From assembly GCA_963698385.1 (NCBI GenBank), contig CAVOQP010000006.1, forward strand, positions 880,589-944,588: 64,000 nt of DNA, in the 5' to 3' direction. Numbering within the stretch: position 1 is the first letter of the stretch; each line of letters opens with the position of its first letter. The notes beneath the pieces are model-generated. The model was not told the DNA's origin. It was given only the letters and a program-made list of their open reading frames with translations, and searched no databases. Of the stretch, positions 59,048 through 64,000 are shown piece after piece. This DNA comes from an uncultured Acidimicrobiia bacterium (GTDB lineage Bacteria > Actinomycetota > Acidimicrobiia > Spongiisociales > JAENVV01). Position numbers and translations under genes: made by a program.

Positions 59048-59482
59048 CTAAACGGCCTCGCCGAGCGAGCAGGCGGCGCAGGTACCGACGAGGGCGAAGT
59101 GGAGGGTGTCGGCGGCGAAGCCGTGGCGATCGGCCACCGGGGACAGGGCACTGAGGACCTCGGCTGCTGGGATATCCACGACGACACCACACACGCGGCA
59201 GCTGAGGTGGTGATGCGGCTCCTCGGTGAGATGGACAACCGTCGTCCCTTGGCCAGTGTGCACGTGCTCGACGAGCCCGAGTCCCTGGAGAACCTCGATT
59301 GTCCGGTAGACGGTCGATGCATCGATCCGGCCCCCGGTGAGTGCCTCGGCGCCGGCCTTCAGCTCGACGGCTGAATGGTGGCGGTCCGGTCCGGAGGCGA
59401 GCACTTCGCACAGCGCCGTCCGGGCGGCGGTGATCCGCATCCCCTCTGCCCGAAGGGCGTCGAGGAGGAGGTCTGCGTTCAA
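59048..59482 (-). CDS. Fur family metalloregulator (Nur/Zur/PerR-like)
   Basis: RITAARTALCEVL DNA-binding helix, HHH..C and CxxC metal sites (HLTEEPHHHLSCRVCG, CAAC). Confidence 0.8.
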   Translation of the reverse strand: MNADLLLDALRAEGMRITAARTALCEVLASGPDRHHSAVELKAGAEALTGGRIDASTVYRTIEVLQGLGLVEHVHTGQGTTVVHLTEEPHHHLSCRVCGVVVDIPAAEVLSALSPVADRHGFAADTLHFALVGTCAACSLGEAV

Positions 59483-60498
59483 CCCTTGAGCTCCGCGGAG
59501 CGGACGAGCACCCGGTCGAGCGTCTCGGCGGCGGCCCCGGAATCGATGGTCTCCCTGGCAACCCGCACTCCGTCGACGAACCCCGCGGCCAGGCCGGCCA
59601 CCACGAGGGGGGCCGACGCGTTGATGAGGACGATGTCCCGCCGGGGTCCCCGCTCCCCCTCGAGCACCGACCGGAGGATCCCGGCGTTCGTCTCCGCGTC
59701 GCCACCGAGGACATCCTCGATGGAGCCCCGGTCCACCCCGAAGTCCTCTGGTGTGAACTCGGCCACCGTGATCTCCCCCTCGCGAAGCCGATAGATGAAC
59801 GACGGCGCTGCTATCGAGAGCTCGTCGAGTCCGTCCTCGCCGTAGTAGACGAAGGCGTTGGCAGCCCCGAGGTTGCGGAGGACGTTGATCATTTTCTCGG
59901 CCATGGCGCTGTCGGAGACGCCAATGGCCAGGTTCGTGGCCCCTGCGGGGTTGGTGAGGGGGCCGAGGAAGTTGAAGACGGTCGGGATACCGAGTTCCTT
60001 GCGGACGGGTACGGCATGGCGCATGGACGGGTGGTACGCCGGCGCGAACAGGAAACCGAACCCGGTCTCCTCGATCAACTGTGCGGTCGTCTCCGGGTCG
60101 AGGTCGAGTGGGTATCCGAGCGCTTCGAGCACGTCGGCGGCACCTGACTTCGAGGAGGCCGAGCGGTTCCCGTGCTTTGCGACCCGCCCCCCGGCTGCTG
60201 CGACGACGAAGGCACTGGTCGTGGAGATGTTGAACGTGCCGGATCGATCGCCACCGGTCCCGACCACGTCAACGAGGGGGCCGGGGACCGGGCACTTCAC
60301 CGAGGCTTCGCGCATTGCCTCGACGAGACCGGTCAGTTCGTCAACCGTCTCGCCTTTCATCCGCAAGGCCACGATGAGGGCAGCTGTCTGGGAAGGGGTT
60401 GCTTCGCCGGCCATGACGACCTGCATCGCCTTGCGTGCCTCGCTCCGTGTGATGTCTGCTCCCGAGGCGAGCTTGCCGAGTGTCTTGGCCCAGTCCAC
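59479..60498 (-). CDS. trpD: anthranilate phosphoribosyltransferase
   Basis: GTGGD motif (VDVVGTGGDRSGTFNIST), KHGNRS, conserved N-terminal ALRMKGET; GTG start with ggag RBS; ATGA overlap with fur. Confidence 0.85.
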   Translation of the reverse strand: MDWAKTLGKLASGADITRSEARKAMQVVMAGEATPSQTAALIVALRMKGETVDELTGLVEAMREASVKCPVPGPLVDVVGTGGDRSGTFNISTTSAFVVAAAGGRVAKHGNRSASSKSGAADVLEALGYPLDLDPETTAQLIEETGFGFLFAPAYHPSMRHAVPVRKELGIPTVFNFLGPLTNPAGATNLAIGVSDSAMAEKMINVLRNLGAANAFVYYGEDGLDELSIAAPSFIYRLREGEITVAEFTPEDFGVDRGSIEDVLGGDAETNAGILRSVLEGERGPRRDIVLINASAPLVVAGLAAGFVDGVRVARETIDSGAAAETLDRVLVRSAELKG

Positions 60499-60638
60499 TG
60501 AGTCTCCAGATCCGTGTTCGAGCCGCGATGGTAGAGCGTCCCAGAAGAGAGCGGCAGGACGAGCAGCCGCTGCCAGCACGCAGTGAACACACCGTCCACC
60601 CTGAATAGACTTGAAGCGACGCCGAGGAGACCACCCAC

Positions 60639-61103
60639 ATGACCGCCAGAGATGTGTATTACTTCGCGTACTCCTCACTGCTGTCACCCGAGGTGCTCTC
60701 GAGGGTCGCACCGAAGGCTTCCTTTCTGCTGACGGCACATCTTCCCGAGACGAAACTCCTCTTCCGGGACCCGGGCATGCGGTGGGAAGGGGCGATACCA
60801 ACCGTGATCGCCGAGGAGGGAAACACGGTGTGGGGGGCGCTCTTCCATGTCACGAAGGACGAACTGGCCGCCATCGATGCCGAGGAAGCCGCGAATGGTC
60901 GAGTACCAACCGAGAGCTTCTCGGCGGTTGATCGTGAGGGGAAGCGCTACTGGGTGGTCACCCACATCGTCGAGGTTGGCCCGGAGGCGGCCCCCGACCT
61001 CACGTACATCGAGCACATGGTCACCGGGGGAACCCACTGGCGTCTCCCGACCGGCTGGGTTCTCAACCTCGAGGACTACCTCGAGGAGGACCTGCTCGCA
61101 TGA
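60639..61103 (+). CDS. gamma-glutamylcyclotransferase-like (AIG2/GGACT family) protein
   Basis: N-terminal YYFAYSSLL matches YGSNL-type GGCT motif; about 150 aa. Confidence 0.6.
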   Translation: MTARDVYYFAYSSLLSPEVLSRVAPKASFLLTAHLPETKLLFRDPGMRWEGAIPTVIAEEGNTVWGALFHVTKDELAAIDAEEAANGRVPTESFSAVDREGKRYWVVTHIVEVGPEAAPDLTYIEHMVTGGTHWRLPTGWVLNLEDYLEEDLLA

Positions 61104-62246
61104 CATCACATGGGGGATCGGACCTGAGCCTCGAAGGACCCGTCCTCGAACGACTCTCACGACTCGATCGCTTCCTCCCGATCTGGATCCTCTCTGCCAT
61201 GGCGCTCGGGATCGCCCTCGGCCGAGTGGTCCCTGATCTCGATCAATGGCTCGACGCCGTGAAGGTCGGCACCGTCTCACTCCCGATCGCGATCGGGTTG
61301 CTGGCCATGATGTATCCGGTGCTGGCCAAGGTTCGCTACTCCCGGGTCGGCAACGTCGTCAGCGACCGCAGGCTCATGACCACCTCACTCGTGTTGAACT
61401 GGGTTGTCGGTCCCGCTCTCATGTTCGCCCTGGCCTGGCTCCTCCTTCCGGACCTCCCCGAGTACCGCACCGGCCTCATCATCGTCGGCCTGGCTCGCTG
61501 CATCGCGATGGTCCTGATCTGGAACGACCTGGCCTGCGGCGACCGAGAGGCCGCTGCCGTCCTCGTCGCCCTCAACTCGATGTTCCAGATCGTTGCCTAC
61601 GCCGTCCTCGGCTACTTCTACCTCGAGCTCCTTCCCGGGTGGCTGGGTCTCAGCACCGCGACGCTCGACGTGGCGATGTGGGAGATCGCCAAGATCGTCC
61701 TTGTCTTCTTGGGTGCTCCACTGGTCGCCGGATATCTCACCCGACTCTGGGGGGAACGAACGCGCGGCGCCGAGTGGTATGAGACCCGATTCCTCCCCAG
61801 GATCTCACCGTGGGCGCTCTATGGCCTGCTCTTCACCGTGGTGGTCCTCTTCGCCCTGCAGGGCCAAGCCATCACCTCCCAACCCGTCGATGTGCTGCGC
61901 ATCGCGCTCCCCCTGCTCGCCTACTTCGTGCTGATGTGGGGCCTGTCCTTCGCGCTCGGACTCAGACTTGGGTTTCTCGTACGACAAGAACACCACATTG
62001 GCGTTCACCGCCGCCGGCAACAACTTCGAGTTGGCGATCGCCGTCGCCATCGGCGTGTTCGGTGTCACGTCCGGCCAGGCACTCGCCGGAGTCGTCGGCC
62101 CGCTCATCGAGGTCCCGGTTCTCGTCGCCCTCGTCTACGTCGCCCTGTGGGCCCGGCGCCGGTTCTACCAGCCGAACGCCGGGGCTGTCGTACCTCCGAG
62201 TGAATACCCGTCCAACCCGGGAGCAGACGGCGACCCGCATGACTGA
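61100..62246 (+). pseudogene. ACR3 family arsenite efflux transporter with +1 frameshift in TTT run at about 61973-61975 (pseudogene or homopolymer error)
   Basis: N-terminal LDRFLPIWILSAMALGIALG (ACR3 hallmark) in frame of 61100; C-terminal [31 protein letters not shown] continues in ORF 61968-62246. Confidence 0.6.
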
Positions 62247-62347
62247 GTGAGGGAAGCCAACTTGTATCCGCTCGGGTCGTCCGGTCCCCGGTACAGTGGC
62301 GGATCCTGGGGCAGCTCCGCCAGCCACCGCTCCTATCCTCGCTCACG

Positions 62348-62716
62348 ATGCGTCTCAACCCCATGTCGACCGTCCTCGGGCTCGCTGCCGGGTTCCTCCT
62401 GGCCGCCCTGGTGGCGATCCTGGTGTGGGGAGGAGAGCGGCTCGGCGCCGGCGCCGCTGACCCGACCGTCGCCATCACGATCGGCGCGGTGGTCGGTGCG
62501 CTCGGCGCCGGGGTCGTCGCCGGGAGGTTCTCCGGTGCGCAGGTGTTCAACGGTGCGGTGGCGGGGGTCCTCTTCACCGGCTCGATCACGATCCTGTCGG
62601 TGCTGGATGGGTCCCCGGCCCCGACCGCGACCATCGTTCTCTTCGTGGTCTCGGGTCTCGTCCTCGGTGCCATCGGCGGAGGTGCTGCCCATCGTCGAGC
62701 GACCCGCCAGCCGTAG
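62348..62716 (+). CDS. hypothetical Gly/Ala-rich small membrane protein
   Basis: ORF with 3-4 hydrophobic helices; no recognisable motif. Confidence 0.3.
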   Translation: MRLNPMSTVLGLAAGFLLAALVAILVWGGERLGAGAADPTVAITIGAVVGALGAGVVAGRFSGAQVFNGAVAGVLFTGSITILSVLDGSPAPTATIVLFVVSGLVLGAIGGGAAHRRATRQP

Positions 62717-62717
62717 A

Positions 62718-63096
<379 letters not shown>

Positions 63097-63140
63097 TGGA
63101 GGCCCTTCGGGGCCTCCACCCGTGTGGGGCGCAGCGTTGG

Positions 63141-64000
63141 CTATCCCAGTGGCGGAGAGAAGGCGACCCGGCCTCCCCCGAACAAGACGGCTCGGCCCTT
63201 CCACATGACAATGTGGTTCGCCCACACCGACGCGCTATCGGCGAGTGTCGCCACGGTCCAGTCGACGCCGTCGGCAGAGGTCCACACGGTCGTGAGCCGT
63301 CTGGTTGCGTCACCCAATGCGAGGAACTCCTGACCGGTCCACACCACGACCCCGGGGGTCGTGTCGAGTTCGCCCGGCATCTCGACCCGGTTCCAGGTGA
63401 GTCCGTCCTCACTCCAGAAGGCCACCGGGAAGTCCTCGCTCATCGGAGCGTCCCACGACCGCAACTCGCTGCCGACGGCAACGATCCGTCCGGCACCGAC
63501 TGCGACGTCGCTCACCTCGACCCATTCGCCCTCGGCCGGGGGATGGCCCCCCTCGATCCAGCTGACCCCATCGGTGGTCACATACGAGACAAGACGACGC
63601 GGCTTGTTGCTGCGCCAAACCACTGCGACGACCCGGTCGTCCAGCGTCTCGACGCCTGCGAAATTGAGGAATCCCAACGGCTCCTCGTCGACGCTGTGGG
63701 TGGTCCACGAGTCCCCTCCGAGGAGGCTCATGGTCGCGAAGTCCGAGTCGGAGGTCTCGTAAGGGATCCACCACTGGCCGTCGGCGACCACGTGGACCTG
63801 GTCGTCCAGGCCGGCGATCCCACCGAGGTTGGTGATCCGGAAGTTGCGCGGGCCGTCCAGCCGCTGATCGAGGCCGGTCTCTTCCGGACCCATCACCCGA
63901 ACCCCACCGTCCGCTGCGCCGGCCGTGGTAACCACCCACAGGTCGGCGCCGACTCCCTCGACGCTGACTCCGGGCTGCGGGCGGGCCGCCAGCATCCCGA
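63141..64000 (-). CDS. secreted BNR/Asp-box repeat protein (partial; start beyond window end)
   Basis: repeated SxDGxxW motifs (TTDGVSWIEG, SEDGLTWNRV, SADGVDWTVA); similar architecture to 41824-43389 product. Confidence 0.45.
   Translation of the reverse strand, partial: GMLAARPQPGVSVEGVGADLWVVTTAGAADGGVRVMGPEETGLDQRLDGPRNFRITNLGGIAGLDDQVHVVADGQWWIPYETSDSDFATMSLLGGDSWTTHSVDEEPLGFLNFAGVETLDDRVVAVVWRSNKPRRLVSYVTTDGVSWIEGGHPPAEGEWVEVSDVAVGAGRIVAVGSELRSWDAPMSEDFPVAFWSEDGLTWNRVEMPGELDTTPGVVVWTGQEFLALGDATRRLTTVWTSADGVDWTVATLADSASVWANHIVMWKGRAVLFGGGRVAFSPPLG

Overview
High-GC (about 68-70%) chromosomal window, gene-dense on both strands, from an Actinomycetota-like genome (DUF3039, DUF3179, Rv2191-like DEDDh/GIY-YIG nuclease, Cpa-type CDC48 ATPase; the class is uncertain, and the SLH-domain proteins plus a System I Ccm locus are atypical for the phylum). 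No prophage, IS element, CRISPR array or tRNA was recognised.

Recognisable content, in order:
- 3' part of a group-3 (3b-like) soluble [NiFe] hydrogenase operon (gamma fragment, small subunit, large subunit, hypC)
- ECF sigma / anti-sigma pair
- frameshifted nitroreductase; HAD hydrolase; two paralogous thioesterase-like genes
- DUF3179 lipoprotein; TrmH methyltransferase; Rv2191-like DEDDh exonuclease/GIY-YIG nuclease; Cpa-like double-AAA ATPase
- metY plus CoA-binding protein; marR-drrAB efflux cassette
- histidine operon (hisG-D-B-H-F-IE) preceded by a YerC/TrpR-like gene, with hisA/priA divergent
- MBL hydrolases; dodecin; SAM methyltransferase; tetR-icmF (fused isobutyryl-CoA mutase); pckA; AhpD-like protein; TlpA lipoprotein plus Lgt-like membrane protein; paaK
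- secreted BNR-repeat proteins; a three-SLH-domain surface protein
- leucine dehydrogenase; a complete System I cytochrome c maturation locus ccmABC(D)EFHG
- CoA-transferase; a Ni/Co ECF transporter (cbiMN/nikMN-Q-O) downstream of a Fur-family regulator; trpD; a frameshifted ACR3 arsenite pump; an unannotated RNase P RNA

Most notable observations:
1. A TlpA-like thioredoxin lipoprotein gene has an in-frame TGA exactly at the first Cys of its CxxC redox motif (FWAEW-U-GTC), followed 9 nt later by a perfect 7-bp hairpin. This is a strong candidate selenoprotein with a bacterial SECIS element.
2. It sits in a minus-strand cluster trpD-fur-tlpA(Sec)-nikMNQO, with a Nur-box-like palindrome (TTGCAA-N5-TTGCAT) just upstream of nikM.
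3. The ccm locus includes a 33-aa CcmD-like ORF missed by the ORF track.
4. A family of short heptamer tandem repeats, (GGGACTY)n and relatives, recurs at gene ends and in intergenic regions; one copy encodes the C-terminal tail of the hydrogenase large subunit.

Start coordinates were obtained by codon arithmetic from the ORF track. All family assignments are by motif recognition only; no searches were run.
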